64,000 nt of DNA, from assembly GCA_963771175.1 (NCBI GenBank), contig CAVYSY010000025.1:96001-160000 (forward strand). The letters run 5' to 3'. The notes beneath the pieces were generated by a model that ran no database searches, was not told where the DNA came from, and saw only the letters and a list, made by a program, of their open reading frames with translations. Source of the stretch: an uncultured delta proteobacterium. GTDB lineage: Bacteria; Myxococcota; Myxococcia; Myxococcales; Myxococcaceae. Shown here one piece after another: positions 1-16,035 of the stretch (positions within the stretch are counted from its first letter, which is position 1; every line of letters starts with the position of its first letter). The translations under genes and the position numbers were made by a program.

Positions 1-551
<551 letters not shown>

Positions 552-655
552 GTTGCCTCCGAAATTCTTTGAGCGCCTGAGCGCGGAATCGTTTCCGCCT
601 ACCCGCCGGCGCCCGCCCACTCAGGGAGCGGACGCCGGGGGGCAGGCTCGCTGCC

Positions 656-4883
<4,228 letters not shown>

Positions 4884-5020
4884 TCGAACTCCGGGGCGCA
4901 GCAATCTCGTGGCGGGGCGAGATTGGGTAACGCGCAGCGGCAGCGGGAAATTTAGAGATACGGAAAGGGCAAAGCCGGCGCACCCTTTCCGGGCACGCCG
5001 GCCTGCTCATCCGGTCAGGA

Positions 5021-5050
5021 GGCGGCGGGAATTTCCCGAAACCCGCCGCC
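5021..5050 (-). terminator. Hairpin downstream of rplL (attenuator/terminator-like)
   Basis: GGCGGCGGG...CCCGCCGCC inverted repeat just after the rplL stop. A second hairpin (GCCGGCG...CGCCGGC) lies at about 4974-5002. Confidence 0.45.
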
Positions 5051-5067
5051 TACCCGAAACAGCGAAA

Positions 5068-5442
5068 TTACTTGATGTCGACCTTGGCGCCAGCCGCGGT
5101 GAGCTGGTCCTTGATCTTCTTGGCGTCGTCCTTGTTGACGCCCTCCTTGACGGTCTTGGGAGCGCCCTCGACCAGGTCCTTGGCCTCCTTCAGGCCCAGG
5201 CCGGTGATCGCGCGGATCTCCTTGATGACGTTGATCTTGTTCGCGCCGGCGTCGGCGAGGATGACGTTGAACTCCGTCTTCTCCTCGACCGGGGCGGCGG
5301 CGGCAGCGGCCGGGCCAGCAACGGCCACGGCGGCGGCGGCGGACACGCCCCACTTGTTCTCGAGCTGCTTCACGAGCTCGGCGGCCTCCATCACCGTCAG
5401 GGTGGAGAGCTGGTCAACAATAGCGTTCAGGTCAGCGGCCAT
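5068..5442 (-). CDS. rplL: 50S ribosomal protein L7/L12
   Basis: [35 protein letters not shown]; position between rplJ and rpoB. Confidence 0.99.
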   Translation of the reverse strand: MAADLNAIVDQLSTLTVMEAAELVKQLENKWGVSAAAAVAVAGPAAAAAAPVEEKTEFNVILADAGANKINVIKEIRAITGLGLKEAKDLVEGAPKTVKEGVNKDDAKKIKDQLTAAGAKVDIK

Positions 5443-5528
5443 TTCAATGTCCTTCGTTTTCTAACGGCCCGCTTCCACGAGGGAAGAAAAGGGCCAGAGG
5501 TTTGCGGTGGGTCTGCTTCTGGATTCGG

Positions 5529-6050
5529 TTACTCGGGCTTCTGCTTGTCCACGTTGGCCTGAAGCACGCGGGCCAGCTGGGAGCCGGGGGCCGCGATGGT
5601 GCGGACGAGCTTGCCAGCAGGCTGGGTAAGCATGCCGAGCAGCTGGGCGCGGAGTTCGGTCAGACCGGGCATCTTCGCCAGGGCCTTCACGCCCTCGACG
5701 TCGACGCGGCGGCCCTGCACGGACGCGCTGCGGACCTTGATGGTCTCGAGGTCCTTGATGAATTCCACGAGGATCTTCGCCGGGGCCACGACGTCGTCGT
5801 AGCTGATGGCGATAGCCACGGGCCCCACGAAGTCCTCGGCGATGACCTCCACCGGGGTACCCTTCGCGGCGCGCTTGGCCAGCGTGTTCTTCAGGACCTT
5901 GTAGTCCACCTTGCCGTCGCGAAACTTCTTGCGCAGCTTGGTGACCGTCTCCACGTTCAGCTTGGAAAACTCAGCGACGATCGCGGTTTCCGCCCGCGAA
6001 AACTTCTCGTTGAGCTCCTTGATGAGTTCTTCCTTCTCGCTCTTGATCAC
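5529..6050 (-). CDS. rplJ: 50S ribosomal protein L10
   Basis: VLKNTLAKRAA, ALAKMPGLTELRAQLLG. GTG start at 6050 preceded by an AGGAGGT RBS; the ORF-track start at 6233 is over-extended. Confidence 0.97.
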   Translation of the reverse strand: MIKSEKEELIKELNEKFSRAETAIVAEFSKLNVETVTKLRKKFRDGKVDYKVLKNTLAKRAAKGTPVEVIAEDFVGPVAIAISYDDVVAPAKILVEFIKDLETIKVRSASVQGRRVDVEGVKALAKMPGLTELRAQLLGMLTQPAGKLVRTIAAPGSQLARVLQANVDKQKPE

Positions 6051-6144
6051 TTGTTTCACCTCCTCACGACACCCGCCCGAGGGCGGGCTGGATTGCCTGG
6101 GCCACGCAAGTGGCAGAGCGAGAGGGAGCCCCGAGAGGCACCAC

Positions 6145-6225
6145 ACCGCACCTCCAGTCTCGGCAGGGCGACTTTTAGAGTCGTTTGAACCCTGGGCAGT
6201 GCTCGTGTCTCCGACCGGTTGTCCG
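6145..6225 (-). promoter_or_regulatory. Putative L10 leader (autoregulatory mRNA structure)
   Basis: Structured 5' UTR of rplJ (CCGGUCGGAGAC...CAGGG-hairpin-CCCUGCCGAGACUGG) at the position expected for an L10 leader. Judged by eye only. Confidence 0.45.
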
Positions 6226-6334
6226 GTTGCCAACGGAGGGCACGAGTCCCACCCCGGGTCCCTGCTGTCTGGGACCAGGGATGACTGAAGCGCCGGGCCT
6301 CATCGGCATGGCGCTTCGATTGCAAAGCCGGGGC

Positions 6335-6363
6335 GCTATACCCGCGGCTTCGCAAAACGTCCA
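6335..6363 (-). promoter_or_regulatory. Putative sigma70-type promoter of rplJL
   Basis: TGGACG-N17-TATAGC on the minus strand in the rplA-rplJ intergenic region. Confidence 0.45.
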
Positions 6364-6386
6364 GCAAATTATGACAGCGGGCGTCA

Positions 6387-6427
6387 AGAAGACGACGGGG
6401 CGGACCTCCACGAGAGAGGCCGCCCCC
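6387..6427 (-). terminator. Putative intrinsic terminator after rplA
   Basis: GGGGCGG..CCTC/GAGG..CCGCCCC hairpin followed on the minus strand by pyrimidine-rich TCGTCTTCTT. Confidence 0.5.
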
Positions 6428-6463
6428 TGGCCTGAACTGACGACTCCTCTGCCCTACCCCTGA

Positions 6464-7177
6464 CTACCGGTGGCGGGCGAGGATCTCGTTGGTGTCGATC
6501 TTGATGCCCGGGCTCATGGTGGCGGAGATGGCCACGCCCTTGAGGTAGACGCCCTTGGCGGTGGCCGGCTTGAGCTTCATGACCAGGTCCACCAGGGTGT
6601 TGAAATTGTCCTGGAGCTTCTCAGGGGCGAAGGAGGCCTTGCCGAGCTTGGCGTGGATGATGCCCGCCTTCTCAGCGCGGAACTCCACCTTACCGCCCTT
6701 GGCCTCCCGGACAGCCTTGGCCACGTCCATGGTCACCGTGCCCACCTTCGGGTTGGGCATGAGGCCGCGGGGACCGAGCACCTTACCGAGGCGACCGACC
6801 ACGCCCATCATGTCCGGGGTGGCGATGACGGTGTCGAAATCGAGGAAGCCGCCCTCGATGCGCTTGGCCAGCTCGTCGGCGCCGACCACGTCGGCGCCAG
6901 CGCCCTCGGCCTCGGTGGCGCGCTCGCCCTTGGCGAACACGGCCACGCGCACCGTGGCACCAGTGCCGTGGGGAAGGACCACGGCGCCACGGACCATCTG
7001 GTCCGCGTGCTTCGGGTCCACGCCGAGGTTGAGCGCAACCTCGACGGTCTGATCGAACTTGGTGCCGCGGGCGGCCGTGGTCTCCTTCAGGAGAGCGAAG
7101 CCGTCGGCGATGGTGTAGCGCTTGTTGCGGTCCACCTTCGTGGAGGCGGCGCGGAACTTCTTACCGGTCTGAGGCAT
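6464..7177 (-). CDS. rplA: 50S ribosomal protein L1
   Basis: [41 protein letters not shown]. Confidence 0.99.
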   Translation of the reverse strand: MPQTGKKFRAASTKVDRNKRYTIADGFALLKETTAARGTKFDQTVEVALNLGVDPKHADQMVRGAVVLPHGTGATVRVAVFAKGERATEAEGAGADVVGADELAKRIEGGFLDFDTVIATPDMMGVVGRLGKVLGPRGLMPNPKVGTVTMDVAKAVREAKGGKVEFRAEKAGIIHAKLGKASFAPEKLQDNFNTLVDLVMKLKPATAKGVYLKGVAISATMSPGIKIDTNEILARHR

Positions 7178-7220
7178 GTGGAAAATCCTCTTTTAGGAAG
7201 GGATGGAGGGGTGGAGAAGG

Positions 7221-7664
7221 TCAGACGACGTCGATGCCCATGGAGCGCGCGGTGCCAGCGATGGTGCGCATGGCGGCCTCCAGAGAACCGGCGGTCGTGT
7301 CGTCGATCTTCTTCTTGGCGATCTCCTCGAGCTGCTTCTGAGTGATCTGCCCCACCTTCTCCTTGCCCGGCTTCTTGGCGCCCGAGCCCTTCTTCTTCTC
7401 GGTGTGCAGGCCCGCCGCCTTCTTGATGAGGACGGCCGCCGGCGGCGTCTTCAGGATGAAGGTGAAGGAGCGATCCGCATACACGGTGATGATCACCGGG
7501 ATGATCAGACCCTCCTTGGCCTCCGCCTGGGTCTTGGCGTTGAACTGCTTGCAGAACTCCATGATGTTCACGCCCTGCTGACCGAGCGCGGGGCCGATCG
7601 GAGGAGCGGGGTTCGCCTTACCGGCGGGAATCTGCAGCTTGACCTGTCCTGTGACCTTCTTCAT
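7221..7664 (-). CDS. rplK: 50S ribosomal protein L11
   Basis: [45 protein letters not shown] at 7664. Confidence 0.99.
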   Translation of the reverse strand: MKKVTGQVKLQIPAGKANPAPPIGPALGQQGVNIMEFCKQFNAKTQAEAKEGLIIPVIITVYADRSFTFILKTPPAAVLIKKAAGLHTEKKKGSGAKKPGKEKVGQITQKQLEEIAKKKIDDTTAGSLEAAMRTIAGTARSMGIDVV

Positions 7665-7688
7665 CGGCTGACGACTGCCTTTCGAGAC

Positions 7689-7728
7689 GGTGGTTATGAC
7701 GGGCCGCTTGACGGGCGACCCTCCCACC
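7689..7728 (-). promoter_or_regulatory. Putative L1-binding operator in the rplK leader
   Basis: GGUGG-GA-GGGUCGC-loop-GCGGCCC-GUCAUAA-CCACC: two stems around a purine-rich asymmetric loop, resembling the GUGGGAG...AUAACCAC L1-binding motif. Confidence 0.55.
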
Positions 7729-7766
7729 CTGGGTATCCCCGGTCTCTAGAGGACCGGGGAAGACTG

Positions 7767-8309
7767 CTAGCCGGTGGTCTTCTCCACCTGCATGAAATCG
7801 AGTTCCACCGGAGTGGCGCGGCCGAAGATGCTCACGAGCACCTTCACGCGACCCTTCTCCGCGTTGACCTCTTCCACCGTACCATTGAAGTTGGCGAAGG
7901 GGCCGTCGATGACGCGGACGGTGTCTCCGTCGGAGAACTGCACCTTGGGCTTGGGCTTGAGCGTGCCCTCGGAGATCTGGGAGGTGAGCCGGGCCACCTC
8001 CTTGTCCGAGATGGGCGTGGGCTGCTCGTTCTGGGCCGCACCGGGGAAACCGGTGATCTTCGGCGTGTTCTTCACCAGGTGCCAGGAGCGATCATTCAGC
8101 TCCATCTGCACGAAGATGTAGCCCGGGAAGAACTTGCGCCGGGACGTCTTCTTCTCGCCCTTCACCATCTCGACGACCTGCTCCATCGGAATCAGGATTT
8201 CGCCGAACAGGTCCTGCAACCCCTCGAGACGGATCCGCTCCTCCAGGCTCTTCTTCGCCTGGTTCTCGAAGTTCGAATAGGTGTGGACCACGTACCATTT
8301 CATCGCCAT
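7767..8309 (-). CDS. nusG: Transcription termination/antitermination factor NusG
   Basis: [26 protein letters not shown] motif [15 protein letters not shown]. Start overlaps the secE stop (TAATG). Confidence 0.99.
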   Translation of the reverse strand: MAMKWYVVHTYSNFENQAKKSLEERIRLEGLQDLFGEILIPMEQVVEMVKGEKKTSRRKFFPGYIFVQMELNDRSWHLVKNTPKITGFPGAAQNEQPTPISDKEVARLTSQISEGTLKPKPKVQFSDGDTVRVIDGPFANFNGTVEEVNAEKGRVKVLVSIFGRATPVELDFMQVEKTTG

Positions 8310-8752
8310 TACAGCTTCCCCCAGATGGCGGGTATCCACTCAACCATAAGGTTGTAGGCGAGAGTGTCGATGAAGAAGAGGAGGACGGCCGCCACCACGG
8401 AGGCGACGATGACCGCCACGGTCGACGCCTTGGTCTCCGCCCAGGAAGGCCAGGTGACCTTCATCAACTCGGAGGCGACCTCCAGCGAGAGGCCGTGCGT
8501 CTTGGGGTGCGCGTAGGCCGCCACCACCAGGCCCGCGGCCAGCAGGAAGCCCACCAAAGTGGAGACCTGCCAGTCGACGCCCTCGATGACGGTGGGATCG
8601 CTCCACCCTGCCCGAGCCCAGATGAGCCCGCAGACGTGCTCCAGGAAGAGCGCGAAGATGAGACCCGCGATGAGGTAGAAGATGACGACGAGCCGCTTCG
8701 GGTCCATGCCCGAACGATTCGCCTGCTGGCTGGCCTCGGATGCCGCTGCCAT
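8309..8752 (-). CDS. secE: Preprotein translocase subunit SecE (3-TM type)
   Basis: [13 protein letters not shown] motif followed by a TM helix; sits between tRNA-Trp and nusG. ATG at 8752 with GAGG RBS. Confidence 0.93.
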   Translation of the reverse strand: MAAASEASQQANRSGMDPKRLVVIFYLIAGLIFALFLEHVCGLIWARAGWSDPTVIEGVDWQVSTLVGFLLAAGLVVAAYAHPKTHGLSLEVASELMKVTWPSWAETKASTVAVIVASVVAAVLLFFIDTLAYNLMVEWIPAIWGKL

Positions 8753-8785
8753 GGTTCCTCGCTGACTGAGCGCTACCTGGTACCG

Positions 8786-8829
8786 AAAACACAGGGACCC
8801 CCGGTACGGGGGGTACCGGGGGTCCCTGT
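8786..8829 (-). terminator. Intrinsic terminator-like hairpin after tRNA-Trp
   Basis: Perfect 17-bp stem ACAGGGACCCCCGGTAC/GTACCGGGGGTCCCTGT followed by GTTTT on the minus strand. Confidence 0.7.
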
Positions 8830-8839
8830 AACTAACAAC

Positions 8840-8915
8840 TGGCAGGCCAGGAGGGATTCGAACCCCCAACACGCGGATTTGGAGACCGCTGCTCTACCGT
8901 TGGAGCTACTGGCCT
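8840..8915 (-). tRNA. tRNA-Trp(CCA)
   Basis: AGGCCAGTAGCTCCAACGGTAGAGCAGCGGTCT-CCA-AATCCGC...GGTTCGAATCC...CTGGCCTGCCA; 76 nt with encoded CCA end. Confidence 0.97.
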
Positions 8916-8942
8916 AGAGAACACCCGACTACAACAACCGAA

Positions 8943-9107
8943 CTAGACCTTACCTTCCTTATGGACGGTATGCTTCCGGTCGCGGGGGCAGTACTTGCTC
9001 AGCTCGAGCTTGTCCTGGCTCTTCCGCTTGTTCTTGGTGGTGTAGTAGTTCCGCTCCTTGCACTGCGTGCACTCGAGCGAAATGATGCTGCGATTACCTC
9101 TGGGCAT
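8943..9107 (-). CDS. rpmG: 50S ribosomal protein L33
   Basis: Manual translation: [54 protein letters not shown] (54 aa, below the ORF-track cutoff). Confidence 0.97.
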   Translation of the reverse strand: MPRGNRSIISLECTQCKERNYYTTKNKRKSQDKLELSKYCPRDRKHTVHKEGKV

Positions 9108-9203
9108 GGCTTGACTCGATAGGCACGAGGGGAAAGCTGCTTAGCACAGCTCCCCCCTCGGGGTTAACCACCAGTTGAGGCAGGCGCGAGGCCCGCCCGC
9201 CAA

Positions 9204-10394
<1,191 letters not shown>

Positions 10395-10411
10395 AACGCT
10401 CCTCGAAAAAA

Positions 10412-10487
10412 TGGAGCCCTGAACCAGGATTGAACTGGTGACCTCATCCTTACCAAGGATGCGCTCTGCCAACTGAGCTATCAGGGC
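10412..10487 (-). tRNA. tRNA-Thr(GGT)
   Basis: GCCCTGATAGCTCAGTTGGCAGAGCGCATCCTT-GGT-AAGGATG...GTTCAATC...TCAGGGCTCCA. Confidence 0.97.
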
Positions 10488-10509
10488 TTGTAGACTTGAC
10501 CACTACAAC

Positions 10510-10586
<77 letters not shown>

Positions 10587-10594
10587 ATTGCTAA

Positions 10595-10678
<84 letters not shown>

Positions 10679-10766
10679 GCAACGCTGTACTCAACTACCG
10701 CACTACCACTGCTTCTTCCTACTGCTTTTTTCGTCCCGGGCCCTCATCCGCGGCCCCGTCCTACTT

Positions 10767-10839
10767 GGCCGGCGGCGGGACTTGAACCCGCGACCTACTG
10801 ATTACAAATCAGTTGCTCTACCGACTGAGCTACACCGGC
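10767..10839 (-). tRNA. tRNA-Thr(TGT)
   Basis: GCCGGTGTAGCTCAGTCGGTAGAGCAACTGATT-TGT-AATCAGT...GGTTCAAGTCC...CGCCGGC. Completes the canonical Thr-Tyr-Gly-Thr-tuf operon. Confidence 0.96.
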
Positions 10840-10911
10840 ATCCACTCCGGCTGCTTTCCCCCGACCTGCCCTGCCCGCCGCTCGGGGCCGTCAACCGCCC
10901 GTCCCCGTCGA

Positions 10912-10948
10912 GGCGCGCCCTTTTAGAAGTCCCCGCCGCCCATGTCAA
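10912..10948 (-). promoter_or_regulatory. sigma70 promoter of the tRNA-tuf operon with GC-rich discriminator
   Basis: TTGACA (10948-10943)-N17-TAAAAG followed by GGCGCGCC, about 80 nt upstream of tRNA-Thr(TGT). Confidence 0.7.
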
Positions 10949-10968
10949 GGAGTTTGATCCGGACGGGT

Positions 10969-11844
10969 TCAACTTCCGGCAACGGGACGCGCCCCCCGCT
11001 GCCTGGCGGCCTCATATAGCAGAATCGCCGCAGAAACGGACGCATTCAGGGAACCCACCTGACCGAGCATCGGAATCCCGAGCCGGAAGTCACAGTGCTT
11101 GAGGACGCCCTCGCGCACGCCTGCTCCCTCGGCCCCCACCACCACCGCCAACGGTCCGTCCAGTCGAGCCCTCCACAGGGGCTCGCTCGACTCGGGGTCC
11201 GCCGCGGCGATCCACACCCCAGCCTCCTTCAGCTCCTCCAACGTCCGGGAGAGGTTGACCACCCGCGCGATGGGACAGTGCTCCACCGCTCCCGCGGAGG
11301 CCTTGGCCACCACTCCCGTCACCGGCACCGCCCTGTCCTTGGCGATGACCACCCCGTGCGCCCCCAGCGCATGCGCCGAGCGGATGATGGCCCCGAAGTT
11401 GTGCGGGTCCTGGATGCCGTCCAACACCACCAGCAGCGGCGGGCGACCACTCTTCTCGGCCGCCGCCAGCAGGTCCGGCACGTCCACGTACTCGAAGCCG
11501 CGCAGCTCGGCGATGATGCCCTGGTGCACCCCGCCGTCCGCCATCGCGGCCAGGCGCTCCCGAGGCACCCGCTCCACCCGGATGCCCGAATCCTTCGCCC
11601 GACTGAAGATCTCGGCCGCGGCCTTCGCGGCGAGCTGCCCCTCGGCGGTGAAGAGGCGCTCCACCCGCTCCGCGTGCGCCCGCAGGGCCTCGAGGACCGG
11701 GTTCACCCCGTACACGTAGCGCTCGCGGTCTCCACCGCGCTCGCCGCCCCCTCGCTCGGTGCGCTCGCGGTCTCCACCGCGCCCACGCTCACCGCGCTCA
11801 CTGTTCCTGGGCTCACTGCTGCTGGGAGAACGCTGGCGCGCCAC
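10969..11844 (-). CDS. rlmB: 23S rRNA (G2251-2'-O)-methyltransferase, TrmH/SpoU family
   Basis: YVYGVNPVLEAL, HQGIIA, LDGIQDPHNFGAIIRSA, VVGAEGAG, SLNASVSA. Confidence 0.93.
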   Translation of the reverse strand: MARQRSPSSSEPRNSERGERGRGGDRERTERGGGERGGDRERYVYGVNPVLEALRAHAERVERLFTAEGQLAAKAAAEIFSRAKDSGIRVERVPRERLAAMADGGVHQGIIAELRGFEYVDVPDLLAAAEKSGRPPLLVVLDGIQDPHNFGAIIRSAHALGAHGVVIAKDRAVPVTGVVAKASAGAVEHCPIARVVNLSRTLEELKEAGVWIAAADPESSEPLWRARLDGPLAVVVGAEGAGVREGVLKHCDFRLGIPMLGQVGSLNASVSAAILLYEAARQRGARPVAGS

Positions 11845-11847
11845 GGT

Positions 11848-12297
11848 CTAGAGAACCTCGACGGGGATGGAGAAGGTCTTCTGCTGCCGGGAGCACAGCT
11901 TCTCCGAGCAGATGAAGAAGGTGAGCTTCGCGTCCAGCGTGCCCTTGCCGGCCGCCGGGGCCTTGAACGGCACCTCGAAGCGCGGATCCACGAACTGCTG
12001 CCCCGCCGCCTTCTTCGTCACCGAGTCCGCCAGCGCCAGCTTCTCCTTGGCCGGCGACACCTGCGTGCCCTTGAGCTCCAGCTTCAGCGGCGCCTCGTCG
12101 GACACGTGGGCACCCGACTTGCTCTTGATGGACAGCACGAACACGCCCTCCTCCCCGGCCTTCACCTTGGTGGAGGTGCCCTCGGTGCTCACCTCGTACA
12201 GGGTGGTGGGATCCACCTGCCCCTCGGCCTGGACCTGGGCGCTGGCGAAGGCCACCATCGCGGCGGCCAGGGAGGTAATGCGTCGGAAGTTCAGCAT
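11848..12297 (-). CDS. Exported hypothetical protein, beta-rich, with a C-terminal CxxxC (DsbD N-domain-like)
   Basis: Signal peptide MLNFRRITSLAAAMVAFASAQVQA; motif LTFFICSEKLC; AGGAG RBS upstream. Confidence 0.7.
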   Translation of the reverse strand: MLNFRRITSLAAAMVAFASAQVQAEGQVDPTTLYEVSTEGTSTKVKAGEEGVFVLSIKSKSGAHVSDEAPLKLELKGTQVSPAKEKLALADSVTKKAAGQQFVDPRFEVPFKAPAAGKGTLDAKLTFFICSEKLCSRQQKTFSIPVEVL

Positions 12298-12368
12298 GCT
12301 CGATCTCCTCGGCGGGACTCGGGCCCACCCTATAACCGACCCTCTGACGCCCGGGGACCTCTTTCTGT

Positions 12369-13335
12369 TCACGGCCTCCCCGTGGAGGCCTTGGACGGGC
12401 GCTTCCGTCGGGTCGCCACCGGCTCCGGCTCCGGCAGCCCCACCTTTGGGCCACCGGCCGCCAGCTCCTCCGCTCGCTGGATGATGATGCCGGCCAGGTC
12501 CAACCCCGTGGCCGCCTCCATCTCCGGGAGAGCCGGGGAGCTGTTCACCTCGAACACCTTGGGCTGCCCCTCCGCACGTCCAGCAGGTCCACCGCCGCCA
12601 CCTCGAGCCCCACCAGCCTCGCGGTCCTCTCGCGCCGCCAGCCGCTGCGCATCGCGTCAGCTGCGATGCGCTCCAAGCGGGCGCCGCGGTTCAGGGTGTT
12701 GGAGAGCCGGCCCACCCGCGGCCGGCGCCGCACCGCCGCCACCGCCTGGCCGCCGACCACGAGCACCCGCACGTCCTGCCCCGTGCTTCTCCACGTACTG
12801 CTGGACGATCAGGTTGTGGCCCAGCCCGAGGATGGCCTCCAGCGCCGCCTCGAGCGACTGGAGGCTCTCGCACACCATCACCCCGCGCTTCTCCTGGCCC
12901 TGCAGCAGCTTCACCAGCACCGGCACGCCGCCCACCAGCCGCACCATCGCCTTGAGGTCGCCCGCGTCGCGCGCCATCACCGTGGCCGGGATGTCGATGC
13001 CGTGCGCCGAGAGCAGCTGCAGCGAGCGCATCTTGTTGCGCGACTGCGGCGATGGCCCGCGCCGTGTTCACGCTGCGGCACCCCGCGCATGGCGAACTGG
13101 TTCACCACCGCGAGGCCGTAGTTGGTGATGGACTGGGCGATGCGCGGGATGACCACGTCGCACGGGCGACAGCTTGCGGCGGTGGTAGTAGAGGTTCGCG
13201 CCGCTGCCCGTCGAGGTGCATCTCCACCCGCACCGGGTTGAGCACCCGCACCTGGTGCCCGCGCGCGCGCGCCGCCTCGACCAGACGCTGGGTGGACGGA
13301 ATGGAGGCGGAGCGCGAGAGGATGGTGATCTTCAT
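12369..13335 (-). CDS. rimK: RimK-family ATP-grasp alpha-L-glutamate ligase (several apparent sequencing frameshifts)
   Basis: Fragments across frames: MKITILSRSASIPSTQRLVEAARARGH, DVVIPRIAQSITNYGLAVVNQF, LIVQQYV, RVLVVGGQAVAA, FEVNSSP..EMEAATGLDLAG. Confidence 0.85.
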
Positions 13336-13401
13336 GGGCGGCCAGGGCAGGCGCCGGAGACATAGCCCCGGCCCCTCACCACGTAAAGCCGCCCCCGAGG
13401 A

Positions 13402-14643
13402 CTACCGGCGCTGCACAGCGCGAACTTCGATATCCACCGGATCCAGCGGCGTGGAGTTCTTGATGCGCGTGCACAGGTCGCCCTTGAACTCGATCCCACT
13501 GAGCGCCACGTTCAGGCGCCAAGCGGTGTCACTCGCCTCGACGCGCTCCTTGTTGATGTAGACGACCACCAGGCTCTCGGACGACGGGAGCTGCTCCGGG
13601 GGGATCTCCAGCAGGCAGGGATTGGCCGGACCAACTCGCGCGCTGATCGCCGCCAGGGCCGCCGCCAGCTCGGCCTGGTTGCCCGCCTGATAGAACTGGC
13701 GACGGCACAGCTTGGCGCCCGTATCGCACGTGTCACCCGTGCCACAGTCCGCATCCACGGCGCACTCGCGCGGGAAACCACCCGCCGTGGCCATCGCGTT
13801 GAGCACCACCGTCCCCGCCCCGGTGGCCGTATCCGCGCCGAAGCCGATGACGATGGTGCGGATGTTCTTGGCCCTCAGTTCCTTCACCGCCGCCTCCGAA
13901 CCGGTCTGGTCGAGGCAGCCCAACTGGTTGTACGGCGCGTCCTTGCACAAATCGGCACCGCCCAGCGTGCAGGTGCAGGGCTTCGAGATGTCGAACTTGT
14001 CGTTGCAGTTGGGCAGACCGTCCGTCAGCAGCAGGACGATGTCCTCGCGCCCCTCCACCTGCAGCTCCGGCAGCGACCCCAAGTAGCTGAGGCTCTGGCT
14101 GGTCGGGGTTCCGCCATACGGCCGGCCCGGGCCTCCGTTGGGGATGCCCTGGATCGCCACGTTCACCAGCGAGGCCTGGGAAATCAGCGAGTCATCATCC
14201 TCCGCCGTGGGCAGCGCATTGCGCAGCTTGGTGGTCGCGATGCCACACCCCGTATCCGCCGCGGCGATCTCCGGGTAGGTCGCCAGTCCTATGCGCGCCA
14301 CGCGGCCGTTGGTGGAAAGGAAGGTGTCCATCGCGCCCTTCAGCGCCCGCCAGCGCGTGGGGCACGACGTCGGGCACTCAAAGTCGCCACTGCAGATGCT
14401 GCCATCGGAGAGCTTGCAGGCCGCAAGGCTCGGATTCAGCGGCTCCGTCATCGAGCCCGACGTGTCCACCAGCAGCATCAGGTTGGGCTTGAGGGCACGG
14501 GCCTCGATCCTCGTCTCCACCGTCGTCTGGGAGACGGCGAGCGGCTCCACCGGCTCGAAGTCATAGGTCTGGCAACCGGCGGCGAGAACACCACCAAGGG
14601 CACCCACCGCAAGGGAGAGCAAGAGGGTCAGTTTGGCGCGCAT
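13402..14643 (-). CDS. cglB: Adventurous gliding motility lipoprotein CglB (Cys-rich VWA-domain adhesin)
   Basis: Lipobox LAAGC followed by QTYDFEPVEPLA; MIDAS motifs LLVDTSGSM, GGTPT, LLTDGLPNC; many Cys; near rimK/tuf as in Myxococcales. Confidence 0.88.
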   Translation of the reverse strand: MRAKLTLLLSLAVGALGGVLAAGCQTYDFEPVEPLAVSQTTVETRIEARALKPNLMLLVDTSGSMTEPLNPSLAACKLSDGSICSGDFECPTSCPTRWRALKGAMDTFLSTNGRVARIGLATYPEIAAADTGCGIATTKLRNALPTAEDDDSLISQASLVNVAIQGIPNGGPGRPYGGTPTSQSLSYLGSLPELQVEGREDIVLLLTDGLPNCNDKFDISKPCTCTLGGADLCKDAPYNQLGCLDQTGSEAAVKELRAKNIRTIVIGFGADTATGAGTVVLNAMATAGGFPRECAVDADCGTGDTCDTGAKLCRRQFYQAGNQAELAAALAAISARVGPANPCLLEIPPEQLPSSESLVVVYINKERVEASDTAWRLNVALSGIEFKGDLCTRIKNSTPLDPVDIEVRAVQRR

Positions 14644-14769
14644 AGATTAGAAGTCGCTCCTCGAATTCGAGCGCGGGCTCACCCCGCGCTCACTAGGGAC
14701 CGGCCCCGAAAGTCCGCAGAGGATACCCTCCACGGCACGCCCACGGCCAGCCATCAACGCAACGCCTCC

Positions 14770-15162
14770 CTAGAGGGCGAGGGTGCGTGCACCTTCCGTC
14801 AGTCTCCACAAGGACGCGAGCCCCATCACCTCGTCCAGCGTCCCCTTCAGCTCGTCCGGCGCGTATCCACAGATTCTTACCGTGGTGTCGCACGCCACCA
14901 GCTTCGCCCCCAGCCCCCTCGCCTCCTCCAGCATCCGCGCCGGGGGTGGCACCCCGAGCCCCTCCGCCCTCGCACTCTCCGACAACTCCTTCTCGCTGTG
15001 CGGCAGCCCGAAACTCCCCCGCACCAGCGCTCGCAGCGCGTCGAAGGCGAAGACAAAATACACCTCGTCCCCCATCGCCGCCGCGGTGATTCCCATCGAG
15101 GCCGCCTGAAACGCGGGCTCGTATGTGGCGTGCTGCAGGAAGAAGAAGACGCGTCCAGCCAT
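14770..15162 (-). CDS. DsrE/DsrF-like small protein
   Basis: ITAAAMGDEVYFVFAFDAL, GAKLVACDTT pattern typical of the DsrE family. Confidence 0.75.
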   Translation of the reverse strand: MAGRVFFFLQHATYEPAFQAASMGITAAAMGDEVYFVFAFDALRALVRGSFGLPHSEKELSESARAEGLGVPPPARMLEEARGLGAKLVACDTTVRICGYAPDELKGTLDEVMGLASLWRLTEGARTLAL

Positions 15163-15323
15163 GGCCGCGCGACATACCGGGCGCGCCCAACGACTTCAAC
15201 CCAACGCCGCTACACTTCAAGAATCCACCATCAACGAAAGACACCCGGGGTGCGTCGAATCCACGGTGAGCTCCGGCCTATAACCAGGGCCCGTCGAAGG
15301 TCCGCAACCGAGGGAGCTCCCCC

Positions 15324-15971
15324 ATGTCCATCTCCCGGCCGCTCGTCTCCGCCCGCTCCGCCCCGTCCGCTCGCGGGTGGGGTGCCCGCCTGTTGCCGCC
15401 GTGCGCGCTCGCCGCGCTGCTCCTCACGGGCCCCCACCAGGCCGGTGAGGCCGCCGCGGCCAGGATGGCGCTCTCGGCCCCCAGCGCTCCGCGGCCCCAG
15501 GGGACGCTGCACGAGGAGATCCTCCGTCTGCTCGACAGCTCCGAGTCCTTCCCCCGCGAGTCGGATTGGGCCCCGCTCGGTCCCGAGGTCCTCTCCGAGC
15601 TCACCGGGCTCGCCAGCAACCCCAAGGTCCCCGAGCCGCAGCGCACTCGCGCCGTCGCCGCCATGGCCGTGGTCGCCCATCCCGAGGCCACCCAGCGACT
15701 CCAGGACCTCGCGCGCAACCCGGCCACTCCCTCCTCCGTGCGCGCCGCCGCGGCCCTGGCGCTCAGTCACCGCGTGGGACTCGAGGCCATTCCCCTGCTC
15801 ACCCCCCTCCTCGACGACCGGAGCGAGCCCGTGCGCGCCGCCGCGGCCCAGACCCTCGGGCGCGTGGGCGGGGCCGAGGCCCGGCGCATCCTCGAGGAGC
15901 GGCTGCCTCTGGAGGAGAGCCGGGCCGTGCGCGAGGCCATCCAGCAGGGGTTGATCCACATCGAGCCATAG
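15324..15971 (+). CDS. Exported HEAT-repeat protein
   Basis: Repeats VRAAAALAL, LLDDRSEPVRAAAAQTLGRVG, VREAI. Exact start uncertain. Confidence 0.75.
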   Translation: MSISRPLVSARSAPSARGWGARLLPPCALAALLLTGPHQAGEAAAARMALSAPSAPRPQGTLHEEILRLLDSSESFPRESDWAPLGPEVLSELTGLASNPKVPEPQRTRAVAAMAVVAHPEATQRLQDLARNPATPSSVRAAAALALSHRVGLEAIPLLTPLLDDRSEPVRAAAAQTLGRVGGAEARRILEERLPLEESRAVREAIQQGLIHIEP

Positions 15972-16035
15972 AGGGGCTCGCCGGCTTCGAGCCGCGGCGC
16001 TCGCTTCAGGCCCTGGCTTTCGTTAGATGGGGGCC

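Noticed and set aside
11730..11800. Short direct repeat (gcgctcgcggtctccaccgcg twice) in the rlmB 5' end
   Set aside because: Encodes a low-complexity RGGDRER N-terminal extension; not a separate element.
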